A stretch of 64,000 bases of DNA from Octopus sinensis (GCF_006345805.1 NC_043004.1:91760001-91824000), one strand, 5' to 3'; counted from the stretch's first letter, positions 26,633 through 40,100 are shown. Notes: a model not told the origin generated them from the sequence alone. Made by a program: numbers and translations.

Positions 26633-26891
26633 TTGCAGCGTTGAAGGTGTTTATAAGCCATTTAAGAAACACACAAAAACCGTTAGATTCACTTCAACAT
26701 TTAAATTTAATTTGTCAAAATATTTTCGTCGCTTTGAGACCGCGACCTGTTAGCACGATATTTTTGTCAGTGAACAGGTCGCGGTCTCAAAGCGAGGAAA
26801 ATTTTGGCAAATTAAATTTAAATGTTGAAGTGAATCTAACGGTTTTTTTGTGTGTTTCTTAAATGGCTTACAAACACCTTCCACGCTGCAA
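26633..26891. repeat. inverted repeat, ~119-bp arms, 21-nt spacer
   Basis: 26633-26751 is the reverse complement of 26773-26891; a single arm recurs at 29045-29165. Confidence 0.9.
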
Positions 26892-27415
26892 TATATATAT
26901 ACACACAAATATATATATATGTATGTATGTATGTATGTGGTATATGTGTATGCATGTATGTGTGTGCGTGTCTGTGCTTGTGATTGTCCTCCACCACTGC
27001 TTGACAACGAATGTTGGTTTGTTTACATCCCTGTCACCTAGTGGTTTGACAAAGGAAACAGATAGAATAAGTACAATGCTTACAAAAATAAAACTGGAGT
27101 TGATTCATTAAACTACAATTCTTCAAGGCATTGCCCCAGTATGGCCACAGACCAATGGCTGGAAAAAGCAGAAGAATAAAAGAATACATTCTCTGCTTTG
27201 GTCTTATGTTCAAGGCATGAGAAAGCTTGAGTTTACATGAGAAGGCCTAACAGACCTGGTAGAAACAGCAGCCAAATCTCCCTCAAATCACACCTCATTG
27301 TCTTATGTATGTATATATATATGAGCCAATGAGGGGGACCTCTACATGGTAGCTAGACCTGGTAGAAATAGCAGCCAAATTTCCCCCAAATCACACCTTA
27401 CTGTCTTATCTATGT

Positions 27416-27872
27416 ACTAGCAGTATCGCCCGGCGTTGCTCGGGTTTGTAAGGGAAATAATTATATAAGCATTTTTAGAGATGTAAAGTATAATAGCCAT
27501 CTCAATATGGCTAACCACAAAGGGGGAGGGTGTTACTGTAGCTTTTTACGTTCTGAGATTTAATAATAAATTTTAGAGAGTTACTTCCCTTATATATGTC
27601 AAAAATGGATTAAAAATGGGAAAAATTGATGTAAATTTTTTTTTAAATCGTAGACTCATCGTAGACGCGCGCTAATACCCAGACGGTCTCGATATGAATC
27701 ACGACTATAAGATACCCGGTTTTGGTTAAACTGCACCGCAAAATGTGGGACCTGGCAAAACCCGATGCATTCTACTCTTAAAAATGCTAGGTAAATTGTA
27801 ATTGAAGAAATCCTATATTGTAGATTTCTATAACTGACAAAGGGAGGCAGATAAAATCTGCCTTTTATCATA

Positions 27873-27876
<4 letters not shown>
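27416..27876 (+). mobile_element. Helentron/HINE-like element, copy 2, with 3' hairpin GGCAGAT-AAA-ATCTGCC
   Basis: Same 5' end as copy 1; subterminal hairpin 27846-27862, then TTTTATCATAAGAT. Confidence 0.6.
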
Positions 27877-27914
<38 letters not shown>

Positions 27915-27916
<2 letters not shown>

Positions 27917-28080
27917 GACAGGCTTCTTTCAGTTTCCGTCTACCAAATCCACTCACAAGGCATTGGTCGGCCCGGGGCTATAGTAGAAGACGCTTGCCCA
28001 AGATGCCACGCAGTGGGACTGAACCCGGAACCATGTGGTTGGTTAGCAATCTACTTATCACACAGCCACTCCTGCGCCTA
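27915..28080 (-). mobile_element. SINE family B 5' half
   Basis: Consensus match. Confidence 0.8.
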
Positions 28081-28480
28081 TACACAGCCACTCCTGCGCC
28101 TATTGTCTCCGTTAGTTTAAAATCTTCGACTTCAAGGCCATCTCATCCGTCGTTCTTGGTTTGAATTTTGTAGCAGTAGTAGATTCATGTTGTTTTCTGC
28201 TAGAGTGTGTTTGGTGGATACTCTAGCAGAAAACGACGTGAATCGACCAACTGTTACAAAATTCAAACCAAGACCGACGGATGGGATGGCCTTGAAGTCG
28301 AAGTTTTTAAACTAACGGAGACAACACTTGAATATCACCTGAAGAAGTACAACTTCATCTCATTATGGAAACAGTTGCATGATCAAATACTTGTATTTTT
28401 GGAGAACCACATGGGCTGGAAACAATTGTTGTGATTAAAAAATAACTGTTCAAATGTACTCCTTCATGTCCATTCCAAGG

Positions 28481-28653
28481 TGCAGGAGTGGCTGTGTGGT
28501 AAGTAGCTTGCTAACCAACCACATGGTTCAGGGTTCAGTCCCACTGCGTGGCATCTTGGGCAAGTGTCTTCTGCTATAGCCTCGGGCCGACCAATGCTTT
28601 GTGAGTGTATTTGGTAGACGGAAACTGAAAGAAACCTGTCGTATATATGTATG

Positions 28654-28686
<33 letters not shown>

Positions 28687-28900
28687 GTTTGTGTGTGTGT
28701 GTTTGTCCCCCTAGCATTGCTTGACAACCGATGCTGGTGTGTTTACGTCCCTGTCACTTAGCGGTTCGGCAAAAGAGACCGATAGAATAAGTACTGGGCT
28801 TACAAAGAATAAGTCCCGGGGTCGATATGCTCGTCTAAAGTCGGTGCTTCAGCATGGCCGCAGTCAAATGACTGAAACAAGTAAAAGAGTAAGAGTAAAA
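28481..28900 (+). mobile_element. SINE family B copy
   Basis: Consensus match. Confidence 0.85.
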
Positions 28901-28905
28901 GAGAG

Positions 28906-28958
<53 letters not shown>

Positions 28959-30248
28959 AACGGGCTTTCATTTTCCGTCTACCAAATTCACTCGCGAGAC
29001 TTTAGTCAGCCTGAGGCTATAGTTATATATATAAATATATAACAATTGCAGGGGGTGGAAGGTATTCATAAGCCATTTAAAACACACAAAAGCCGTAAGA
29101 TTCACTTCAACATTTAAATTTAATTTACCAAAATATTTTCGTCGCTTTGAGACCGCGGCCTGTTCACGTGGTTTTGTGTCTGTCTTGGTCCCCCACTACC
29201 GCTTGACAACCGGTACTGGGCGTTTACGTCCTCGTACCTTAGCGGTTTGGCAAGAGAAGTACCAGGCTGAAGAAAAAAACGTACCGAAGTTGAATTATTC
29301 GACTTAAATATTCTTCAAAGTTGTGGCCCCGCAGGCCTGCAGTTTAGTGAGGGAAAGAAGTGAAAGAAAAGCTAAGATAAACTATATCAACAAAACACGG
29401 AAAAACAATTATTTTCCATTTGATTATTTTATCTATCCCGGTCAAGGCCATACTGGAACACCGCTTACGGACACAACCTAATACAATGAAATATAAAGAA
29501 AAACCCCATATATTGCATTAAAATACATTTAAACACAATAATTACAAAAATATAATTGCAGTAATGAAATTAGTTATATCTGCGTGTTTCTGCATCACAG
29601 CACTTTACAATGTTGTTTTACCATGCGTTTTAATTGCTATATTTTGTTTGTTTCGAATGTTTTTCTGGGGTTTTTTTTTATGTGTGTGTGTTTTATTATT
29701 TAACTCTTGTATCTTACAGTCTCTTACAGTATCTTACAGTTATTGTATTTCATTCTTTTTATTTCATTTTAGATTTCACTGCTTTTAAAGTTTACTATGT
29801 TTTTATGATCTTTAAGGTGTTGCATACTTCATATTAAAATTTTTGTTTAATATGTCACTCAGGTCTCTTGTATTATATTGCCCTTAACCTTTATTGTATT
29901 TATCCTATGTATTCAGAATTTTATTTCCCAATACTATTAATTTATACAATTTTTTTATCGTCTTTAAAGTTTACTGTATTTCCTTCTACTACTTAGTTAA
30001 CAGAGTTTTAAAGGTTTTCCCAAGTTTTATTGTCTTTAAGGTTGACTAAATATTATTCTGTTTACTAGTACAACATCAATTTTCCGTATTACTGGTTAGC
30101 ATACTCTAAATTAAACAAATATTAATTCTACTTAAATAATTAAATAAATTATAGGTACCGCTTATTACGTGTATGTATGGATGCGTATATTTGTATGCAT
30201 ATAGATATGCGTAGATATATGTGTCTATACACACACACACACACACAC

Positions 30249-30290
<42 letters not shown>

Positions 30291-30462
30291 ATACAAATAA
30301 GAAAATGGAGGAACAGATTCATTTCAATCATCGACTTGCAGATATTGCCAATTCATATTATTTATTAACTACATAAATTGGAACATCCAAATCCAACAAA
30401 ATGAAACAATATACATTAATAAGTAAGATAATAATACCATATAAATAATACACATAAAATGG

Positions 30463-30588
30463 ATCTTACAGGTGTTTCAGCCTGTAGATAAAGGTATTTC
30501 ATTCTGCCTATGTTAGTCAGATGTATTGAGGTAATATGCAGTTAAAAGTGAGTTACTTAGATATATATCTCAAGGCCTCGTCAGAGAT
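30463..30588 (-). ncRNA. type I hammerhead motif with long stem II insert, in non-coding element ~30290-30650
   Basis: Minus strand: ATCT-CTGACGA-GGCCT..(99-nt stem II region)..AGGCT-GAAAC-ACCT-GTA-AGAT. Confidence 0.65.
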
Positions 30589-30675
30589 TATAAAGTACAA
30601 TTATAAAAATTACACTCATAACCCCTATCTCACTTTGTACTTGTAAATATATATATATGTATATATATACAATTT

Positions 30676-31550
30676 CAACAATTGAGGGTAAAATTAATTA
30701 ATTATTAATCAATTTCACCAAGTATTCAGTATGTAAAGGAACCATTTTAGGCGAATTCAAAATATTACATTATATATAAGGGCTTAGTAAAATAAATTAC
30801 TTTGCCACATACTGAACTCATTAGAAATAGCAGCTAAAGAGATTTCTTTAGCTATTTCTAATACTTAAAGAAGATCTCTCTCAGATAGTGTTTGCTCAAA
30901 CCAACTCACAAAGGTATGGGGGAAAAAACATTAAAAAATCAAGTGCAAAGGTTATTTGAGAACGTACGTTTCTAGATTAGTCATTATATATAATGTAATA
31001 TTTTGAATTCGCCTAAAATGGTCCCTTTACATACTGAATACTTGGTGAAATTGATTAATAATTAATTAATTTTTACCCTCAATTGTTGGGAAATTATAAT
31101 TCATTCTCTCTGTTTAATGCTTCGGTTTTCACCGATAAACACTAGTGTTTATCAATTCAACCACGCTGGTGGAAAGGGGAGAGCAGAAATTCTTCGCTTG
31201 CATATTTTGAATTTGAAAGCACTTTTAGTTCGAGCAGAATTCTAGAGGTGATAAGAAGCCAAAAGGGTATGCTCCCACTTTCAGTGTTCCCAAATCCGAA
31301 TCAAGGAGTTCTGAGCTGACGAAAGAAATGTCGATTTGACTAATCTAGAAACGTACGTTCTCAAATAACCTTTGCACTTGATTTTTTAATGTTTTTTCCC
31401 CCATACCTTTGTGAGTTGGTTTGAGCAAACACTATCTGAGAGAGATCTTCTTTAAGTATTAGAAATAGCTAAAGAAATTTCTTTAGCTGCTATTTCTAAT
31501 GAGTTCAGTATGTGGCAAAGTAATTTATTTTACTAAGCCCTTATATATAA
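30676..31550. mobile_element. Penelope-like terminal-repeat complex with interleaved inverted repeats (A-B-A'-C-B')
   Basis: 30676-30779 inverts 30984-31088; 30770-30983 inverts 31337-31550. Confidence 0.75.
31312..31363 (+). ncRNA. type I hammerhead motif (weak stem II)
   Basis: TGAG-CTGACGA-[25 nt]-GAAAC-GTAC-GT-T-CTCA: 4-bp stem I and palindromic loop 3; first stem II pair mismatched. Confidence 0.55.
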
Positions 31551-31554
31551 TGAT

Positions 31555-31603
<49 letters not shown>

Positions 31604-31800
31604 TGGTGTGTGTGGTGTGTGTGTGTGTGTGTGTGTGTGTATGCATGTGTGTGTATGTGTATATAATTCATATGTATTTTAGTGTATTTATGTATACTGA
31701 TATACATGTATATGTACACATATATATGTGTGTGAGAGAGTGTGCAGGTATTTATAAATGGAAACGTATATGTCAACGTTGAATACTGAGCAATGCTTTT

Positions 31801-31844
<44 letters not shown>

Positions 31845-32199
31845 TACATGTAGTGAATCTTGCATGCATGAAGTGGATTCGATCCACCAGAGCCATATTT
31901 AAATTAACACTGCTACAGAACTTTTCCCAAGGCGGAACAATGGTTTTTCTCTGACAGTAGTTTTACATTTTCCAGATGCCTTTAGATAACCCGAAACAAT
32001 GTCTTCACCACTTGACCCTTTCTAACCACTTCTACGTCACCAAAACTCATGCATTGTTCATCTTTCACATCCTACAGTATGCAATTATAATAACAAATTC
32101 TTATCGTCACAACTGCTGACTCCGACATTTCATAAATGTCTTGCAAACAACTTGCACATGCAAGTGCTACCAGTTAAAAGCTCCGTATACGGAAGCCAG

Positions 32200-34500
32200 C
32201 AAGTGTATGGAGTCATCAGGAGAGAATGCGCGCCGTTTCGGGGCCTACCTCTCGACGGCATCAATGCGCACCGCCCCCCCCCCTCACTGATATGAGTCCC
32301 CGTTTGCTAGATCAGCTGGTTATGAAGAACTCAATATACCTCTAGCCATCGCTCATCGTCTCTTTTTAACCAAACCCAGTGGCTAGCCTTCTCCACTGTA
32401 GATTGGATATCAGTCATGGTGGTATTGACTTTACGATGAGTTAGGCCTAGCGATAACAACAGTCGTCTCACGCTGTGTCCAACAAACCCTCTACATCCGA
32501 CTTCGATAGGAAAATGTTCCGCTTTCCAGCCTGCGTCTTCACATTCCTCGAGGAGGTTTTCATAACGGTTCAATTTTCGAGCCCGAGCGGCGTCCATATT
32601 ATCTTCATGAGGAACCGTTAGCTCGACTATATTTACAACTTTCTTTCTTTCACACCACATCAAAATATCTGTTTTTTTCGAAACTGGGATGGGAAAAAAA
32701 ACCTGGCACCCAGGTAAATCTGCAGTTACCTCCCAATAGCCGTTCCACTTTTCATTTTTCTCAGGAAGTTTCTTGATCTTTTTCTTGAAAGGGATCCGCT
32801 GACCTGGTCGCACGAAGGTAATGAAATCTCTTGATGGTACTTTTAACGGTTTTTCCTCAGTGTTGTTGAGATGAATTTGGTTCTTTATAGCATTGAAGAT
32901 AACCTTAAGGACCAAGTTGTGTCTCCATGTGTACCTGTTCAATGCTAATGAACAGTTGGAAAGAATATGTTTTAGTGTACCGACCTTTCCACATTTGCAG
33001 ATGTCATTCTCTAAAACGTTCCATCTTACTAGATTCGTAGGTGATGGCAAAACATCATAAGATGAACGAATCAGGAAACTCAGCCGAGATGTTGTCCACT
33101 TCCACATCTCATCCCAACTTATCTTCCTCGCAACAACATGTTCTTCCCATCTCGTCATCTGACCTTGATGAACACATCGGATCAAATGAAGCTCTCTTCT
33201 CTCTGCTTCTCTTATTTTGACGATGTTGCTAACAACACATCTGCGTTCACTCGGCATCATGCTTGCAAACGGTCTGAACTGATCTGCGCCAAAACCAAGT
33301 CCTTTCCGATGGTTCTGCTTGCTCCCACCATATCTCTGTGTGTAAGAGAAGACAAGATGTTGTCAGTTTCTGCTTCTGCTTTCCACTTCCTGGCTGTTTT
33401 CACCTCTGGTGGGTTACGCCTGATTTCCATATCCTTCGATTCTCTCAGCATCATGACCGTCCGTATCTTCCCCAACTTATATATTTCGACTATTGATGCT
33501 ATTGGTAGCTGCAACGAACCTCTTTTACGATAAAGAGCTGAGCTGTTCAACATACGAGGTAGGCCTAGCCACTTTCTAATGAACACATTACATTTTTGTT
33601 CAATCCTTTCAACTCGTGACAATGCTACTTCGTATATTAAAAGTGGCCACGCAAGTCGCGGGTACAAACCGAACTGCAAGCACCAAATTTTATATTTACC
33701 TGGTAACTTCGAATTATCAATCGCTGATAACCCAGCCTCGGCCTGTTTCATAATTTCAATCCCACGACTTCTGTCTGACAATGTTCCAGCATATACTCGT
33801 CCCAAGCTCTTGACGGGCTCTTCCTTGACTGTTGGAATGCTTTCTTCAGATATTCGAAATTTAAATTCTTTCTACACTCACTTAACAAATGTCAGACTAC
33901 GCGACTTTTTTGCTCTAAATCGCATCCTTGACCACTTTACAAGTTCGTCTAATCTCAAGAGGGCATTCTGCATGATTTGTTTATCTGTAGCTAGAAGTGT
34001 CACGTCATCCATGAAGGCTTTCTTAGGCGATTGTACATGGGCGATTTGTTCCGAAAAATCTACACCTTTCAAAATCAACTCCAGATAAACCACGTGACAG
34101 ATATTGTACACCCAGCAGCAATGCCAACTTCCAATCGGTGCCAATTTGTTGTAAGATTTCCAGTTGTAAACCTCATTTCGAAACTGTCATAGTACATCCT
34201 CATTATTTTGATCACTTTGTCAGGAATGTGGAAGTGGTCCATGGCTGTTATTAGTAATTTGTGTGGCACTGAACCATACGCGTTAGCTAGGTCGAGCCAT
34301 ACCACGTTCAGACTTTTCTTGTTCTGTTTGGCATCCTGGATCGCTTTCCAAATCGAAAAACAGTGTTCAATGCATCCAGGGATCCCGGGGATTCCGGCCT
34401 TTTGAACAGATTCATCAACATATCCGTTACTCTGTAAATATGCCACTGTTCTCCTCGACAGAATTCCCATAAAGATCTTGCCTTCCAATTTCTGCCGTTA
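32200..34500 (-). mobile_element. HERO-like (R2-superfamily, restriction-like endonuclease) non-LTR retrotransposon, 5'-truncated, frameshifted
   Basis: RT QKAGIPGIPGCIEH...WLDLANAYGSVPH...GIAAGCTIS; FMDD; zinc knuckle CKCG...HILSNC...RYTWRHN; endonuclease DILMW...VELTVPHE...K..RY...PIEVGCRGF. Confidence 0.85.
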
Positions 34501-34517
34501 CATACATACATACATAC

Positions 34518-34549
<32 letters not shown>

Positions 34550-34587
34550 CATACATATATATATATATAATATATATATAATATATA

Positions 34588-34625
<38 letters not shown>

Positions 34626-34662
34626 ACATATATATATAAATATATATATATATAATATATAT

Positions 34663-35890
34663 AGGGGTGGGGAGAATTCACAAAAAAATTAAAAGACGAA
34701 GACAGGTGGTATAGACAACAAACAGATGTATTAGTTTAATGCTCGAGAAGTGAAAGTCTTTAACGCTTCGAGCCTACGCTCTTCCACAGAAAGGAACATA
34801 GAAAGAAACGAGGAAAAAATAAAGAATGTGTAGTGGCTAGCGATTTTCATGGCGAATGCCGGACAGAGGGGTCACACGGGAGAGCTAGGGAGAAGGGGAG
34901 ATAATAAAGTAGTGGTAATCTCAAAATGAAGGGGCGTGTGCGTATGTTTAAGAGAGCATTATGTGCGTGTGGAAGAGGGCTGGTGACCTTGACGTGTGTG
35001 TATGTGTACGTGTGTGTATGTGGGGCTGGGAAGTGGTCAGTGCTAGTGTGTGCGTGGTGGTGTGATGTGATGTGATATGGTGTTGTGTGGTATGGTGGTG
35101 TGTAGTGTAGTGGTATGTGGTGTGGCGTGATGGTGTTGAGATGTAGGAGAAGCGAGAGTGGGAAATCAAGGGTGGGGGTAGAGGTGGGGTATGTGGGTAG
35201 GCTGAAGGTAGGGGTAGATGTGAGGTATTTGGGAGTGGGTGTAAGGGATGGAGTGGGGATGGGATGGGATGGATAGGGAAAGTGGGGTTGGATTGTGTAG
35301 GGGGTTACGAGGGAAGGGTGACGATGAAGGGAGAGGGGGAAGGGAGAAGGTAGGCAGGAGGGAAGAGAAGGTAGAAGGAGAGTAGGAGTGAAGAGAAGTA
35401 GGAGTCGGAGCAAGAGAGGAGAGGTGGGTGGGAGGAAGTAGCTGTGAGAGGGAGAGAGGAGAGGAGAGGAGGTTGGATGAAGAGGGGAGGAGAGTTGAGC
35501 TCATGTGGGACAAAGAAGAGAAGTGAGAAGATTAATCCTTGTTCACGGCGCAAACGGGAGTCAGGATGGCCCCTGTGCAAGGACAGTCCGAACAGAGACA
35601 GGTGTTGCAAAGAGTGTCCGGTAGAAAGGAAGTGGCGCGAGACCAGGGTGTCATTGCTGAGTCGGATGTCTCGGAGGTTTTCCGCGAACCGGTCAGCCAA
35701 GCGGCGTCCTGTTTGCCCGATGTATAGAGAAGAGCAGAGAGAGCAGAAGATGCAGTAGATGATATTGGTAGAAGTGCAGGTGAAGGAGTCGGTGATATGA
35801 TAGGGTCCATAATGGGTGCCGATGAGGCAGGTGGTGTTGCAGAGGTAAGGGCAAGTGCAGCAGCGTGATATTCCATGATTTCATGTTAAA
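34663..35890 (-). mobile_element. Neptune-type Penelope-like element 3' part (GIY-YIG) with terminal repeat
   Basis: RCCTCPYL...FTCTSTNIIYCIFCSLCSSLYIGQTGRRLADRF...VSRHF; the terminal repeat carries a degenerate hammerhead-like motif at 34758-34793. Confidence 0.85.
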
Positions 35891-36491
35891 AAAGTATGTG
35901 ACACATCATTATCTACATGTGCGTTTGTTGAATTAGTATTTGTTGGGTCGAATGGTTCTTTTCTGGAGCGAGGGCCCAGGAACAATGCCACCGATTCCCA
36001 ACAGTTCTTTCACTACAGTTCATTAAACGAGCAGAATTATTGCATTAAAACTTGCAACTTTGATGGCTGTCATGCGTCAACATGCAAGTCATTGAATTGC
36101 CTTCTGAGTAGTGTTCGTTGCTTGGCATAGGGCATTAGAACGGTGTACCTCAGCTGCATGGATGTTGTATAATGAAGGAGTTTTTTCTATTCTTTTTATG
36201 AAATCTGGTATGTCACGGTTGTCAGTTCCGGTTTCTGTCGCTAACTTCATATTTTAGGACAATTTACTTTCACTTTTTTTTACGATGGTAAGCTACAAGC
36301 TAATTGTTTTTCGTGCTGTTTTTCTTATTTTTATTTCACTGTCTTTTGTTATTTACTGTAATTTTCCTTTTATTGTATTCTAATAATTATTGTATTTTAA
36401 TATTCTGTTTTACTGTTACCTATGTCTAATTGTAATGTTTTTCAATGTGTTATATTAAACTTTTGTTTCCCAAAGTTCTATTACATTTATC

Positions 36492-36540
<49 letters not shown>

Positions 36541-36542
36541 GG

Positions 36543-36935
36543 AAGGCGACGAGCTGACATAAACGTTAGCATACCGGGCGAAATGCGTAGCCGTATTTCG
36601 TCTGCCGTTACGTTCTGATTTCAAATTCCGCCGAGGTCGACTTTGCCTTTCAGCCTTTCGGGGTCGATTAAATAAGTACCAGTTACGCACTGGGGTCGAT
36701 ATAATCTACTTAATCCGTTTGTCTGTCCTTGTTTGTCCTCTCTCTGTTTAGCCCCCTGTGGGTAGTAAAGAAATAGGTATTTTGTCCGTTACTACAATCT
36801 GAGATCAAATTCCGCCGAGGTCGACTTTGTCTTTCATCCTTTCGAGGTCGATAAATTAAGTATCAGTGAAACACTGAGGTCGATGTAATCGACTCATCTC
36901 CTCCCCTAAAATGGCTGCTCTTGTGGCAAAATTCG
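36543..36935 (+). mobile_element. SINE family A, full copy plus headless tandem copy
   Basis: Consensus match. Confidence 0.85.
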
Positions 36936-36952
36936 AAACCATCATCATCATC

Positions 36953-36983
<31 letters not shown>

Positions 36984-38301
36984 ATAATAATAGTAGTAGT
37001 AGTAGTTGTGATAGCAGCAGTAATAATAGTAGTATCAGAAGCAGTACCAAGAGCAGAAGTAGTTGTAGAAGTATGAGTTGAGGGGGGGATAGAAGAACGA
37101 GAAGAAGGTAGAGGTAGGCAGTGTGGCTACAGTAAGATGGTGGACAAAATTTCCTAACTTTGGCTCTGTCATATTTGCCTTTATCATTCCAGAGTTTATG
37201 AAATAAAGTACCAGCTATGTGCTGATGTCGATTTAGTCGATTATACCTTTTCCCGAAATGTGTCCTTTGTGCCAATGTTTGATGCAGTAATAATATTAAA
37301 ACCTGGTAAAAGCAGTGATTGCTAACATCGGTACATGCTCTTTTCTTTCCAATAACATCTGTAAATTCACCAGCCAAGTTTTCTTTCTTTTTTTATGTTT
37401 TATTCTTTCACAATTATTGATATAATCAGAAGGAAATCCTTTTACATGTCTCTGGTATCTGTGAAGTTACCCTTCGATAGTTAACCTGAAAGTTAGCAAA
37501 CAATTGTATTCTGTTAAAGGGATCCTTGAGTCAAGTTGTGTTAAAATAGGCGGCAGATTGAGTCTGTGTCTCTAAATTTCTTGCATCACTAAAGAGGACG
37601 TAAAGGAAAGAGAGAAAGGTACAATGAAACTAGTGATGAAATGCATCGGCAAAAATCATCCAATAAAGTTTATGGAAATGAGTACGTTCAGAATGTGGAC
37701 AAATTAATCCTAAAAGACAAACTGATTCGAACAAGTTGAAGACATGTTGACTGGAATATGGACAGAGAATGACAGGAAACCTCGTCTAAAACATTACACT
37801 TCGCTTTTCTGTGTGTGATACACGAAACTATGTAGTTTTGGGAACGAAAAATGTGTCTTCTTTTATACAGAATTAAACACATAAATTTCACTTTTGGGAT
37901 AATTTGCGATATTATCAAACACTCCATTTCGTAAACTTATAAATTTTGTAATTATTAACCTCACTATAACAGTGTATATTTACAGTATTTGTTGTGCCTA
38001 CACTGTGTTTTGATTGGTTCCATCACCGATTGTCATCAGGTGTCTATGAGTCAGTGGCTTAGGTGACAAAAGGATTTCTAGGAAGAGTTTAGAAATATTT
38101 TCTCTCTTCAACACCTGTTTGATACCATATACATATCCAAGAATATAACACCTGATGATGATATGTAATAATTCTCCGTTAGAAACGTAGTCTAGACACA
38201 AATACTGTAAATATTCACAATATGAAGTTTATATTCCAAAATAACTAATCACAGACGTTTCACCATTTAATATATTTTCTTCTTATTCCTTGTTTTAACA
38301 G

Positions 38302-38442
38302 CTCACGAATGTAGTTCGGGACTGTTCGGTCCTAGATGCCAATATATATGTCACTGTGAAGATGTAACCACATGCAATAGCACAACAGGCGAATGTGATT
38401 CAGGCTGTGCAGATGGTTGGGACGGACATGTCTGCCAGAGAC
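38302..38442 (+). CDS. coding exon 2, EGF-like domain (HECSSGLFGPRCQYICHCEDVTTCNSTTGECDSGCADGWDGHVCQR)
   Basis: ttttaacag acceptor, GTAACT donor, 141 nt, phase 1-1. Eight-cysteine MEGF/laminin-type EGF pattern C..G.FG..C...C.C.....C....G.C...C..GW.G..C. Confidence 0.93.
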
Positions 38443-38800
38443 GTAACTATTTTACTCTTTTATACACTGCATATATGCTCACATGAAAAAAATAACACGT
38501 TGTAGAGAGGATGTCAACATACTTAATGTATTTCCATTTTGGATTTGGTTTGCATGATTCTTTATGTGTGTTCGTGTGTTGAAGCATATTCTGTTGTGTC
38601 TGGGGAGAGTCATTTTCATTTTGTGCCTTATAATTTAACACATTCACTGGTAAAATTTCCACTTATTCCTTATTTGTATTTTCCTAAAATTTTCGTTGCG
38701 TCTTGCAACCTTTTCAATAGTCAAGACTATGTATGTATGTATGTATGTATGTATGTATGTATGTATGTATGTATGTATGTATGTATGTATGTATGTATGC

Positions 38801-38833
<33 letters not shown>

Positions 38834-38999
38834 AATATATATATATATGTATGTATACATGTATGTATGTATATATATTATATGCATGTATGCATAAGTG
38901 TGTGTGTGCGCGCGCACGCATAATTATTATAATTATCATCATAAAAAAAGACAATGCTTGACAGAATCGATTGTGTCAGTCAAACAAAAAATTCCTGGC

Positions 39000-39300
39000 G
39001 GGGCCGGCTCCAAACATTGTTATCGAGATTTATACTAGCCCCCGAACTGCACTGTTCCAAAGGTCCCAGCTATCCCATCTAGAGTGAGGACCATGTACTG
39101 CAATAGTTCAGGATTCAAGGACCCACAGCTATTTAATGCGTTGCCAAAATATCTGAGGGATCTTTATGGAGTAGGAGTAGGTGTTTTCAAGACACATCTT
39201 GACTTCTTGTTTTTCCAAGATCCCCGATGAACCTATATCAAGGCATGAAACTCAAAAGAGGGCCCCAGTGTCGAAATCCCTCCTTCACCGAAAAACAATA
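39000..39300 (+). mobile_element. CR1-like LINE 3' fragment
   Basis: PQLFNALPKYLRDLYGVGVGVFKTHLD...KIPDEP. Confidence 0.65.
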
Positions 39301-39643
39301 ACAAGATTTGCAATTAAAAAGGTGATTACATTGGCGGTGCTCCAGCATGGCCACAGCTTTAGGGCTGAAACGTATAAAAGGATAAAAGAATATACATATA
39401 TAGTGAGCAAAAATATTCTTGTCAAAAGCTTCCAATTACATCCGGATTTTGTGCACAAAATACTTTGCAACATGACGTCATGTACTTTTATTTCTCGTAT
39501 TAGCATTTTATCTGGTATGTGGGATCTGAATGAGATAAAAGATCCTTTCATTGGTTTCGAAAGAGTAATATTGTGATAATCATGTGTCTACAAATACGCC
39601 TCGCACTTGTGTGTGTGTGCGCGCCCGCATATAAGAGAGAGAG

Positions 39644-39680
<37 letters not shown>

Positions 39681-39785
39681 CATAGTGAGATCGATAGATA
39701 CATACATACATACGTACATATATATACACATGCATACTTACACGTACATATATACATATCTATCTATCTATCTATTTATCTATAT

Positions 39786-39833
<48 letters not shown>

Positions 39834-39991
39834 AAATGAGAAAATGGAGAAACATATCTAAATCAATCATCAACCATCAGATAATACCCACTCAATACTT
39901 TATTAAACCATTACACAACAGCAATGACATTATACATAATATATTACAAATATAACTAGAAATAGAAATAGAAAATACAATTACATTGTAG

Positions 39992-40100
39992 CTGACAGCT
40001 GTTTCGGCCGTGAAGACAGGTATGTCCCATTTAACCTATTAGCCATATAAAGCAGGTATAAATAAGACATTAGCAAGAATGTCTCACGGCCTCTTCAGAG
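39992..40100 (-). ncRNA. type I hammerhead motif with long stem II insert, in non-coding element ~39830-40380
   Basis: Minus strand: CT-CTGAAGA-GGCCGTGA..(86-nt stem II region)..TCACGGCC-GAAAC-AGCT-GTC-AG; palindromic ACAGCTGT; stem I only 2 bp. Confidence 0.65.

Noticed and set aside
32200-32260. CTGATGA and GAAAC in the HERO 3' UTR as a hammerhead
   Set aside because: The flanking segments do not form stem II/III in the required order.
34847-35513. Pro/Thr/His-rich ORFs
   Set aside because: They derive from the low-complexity purine-rich tract of the Neptune-type element.
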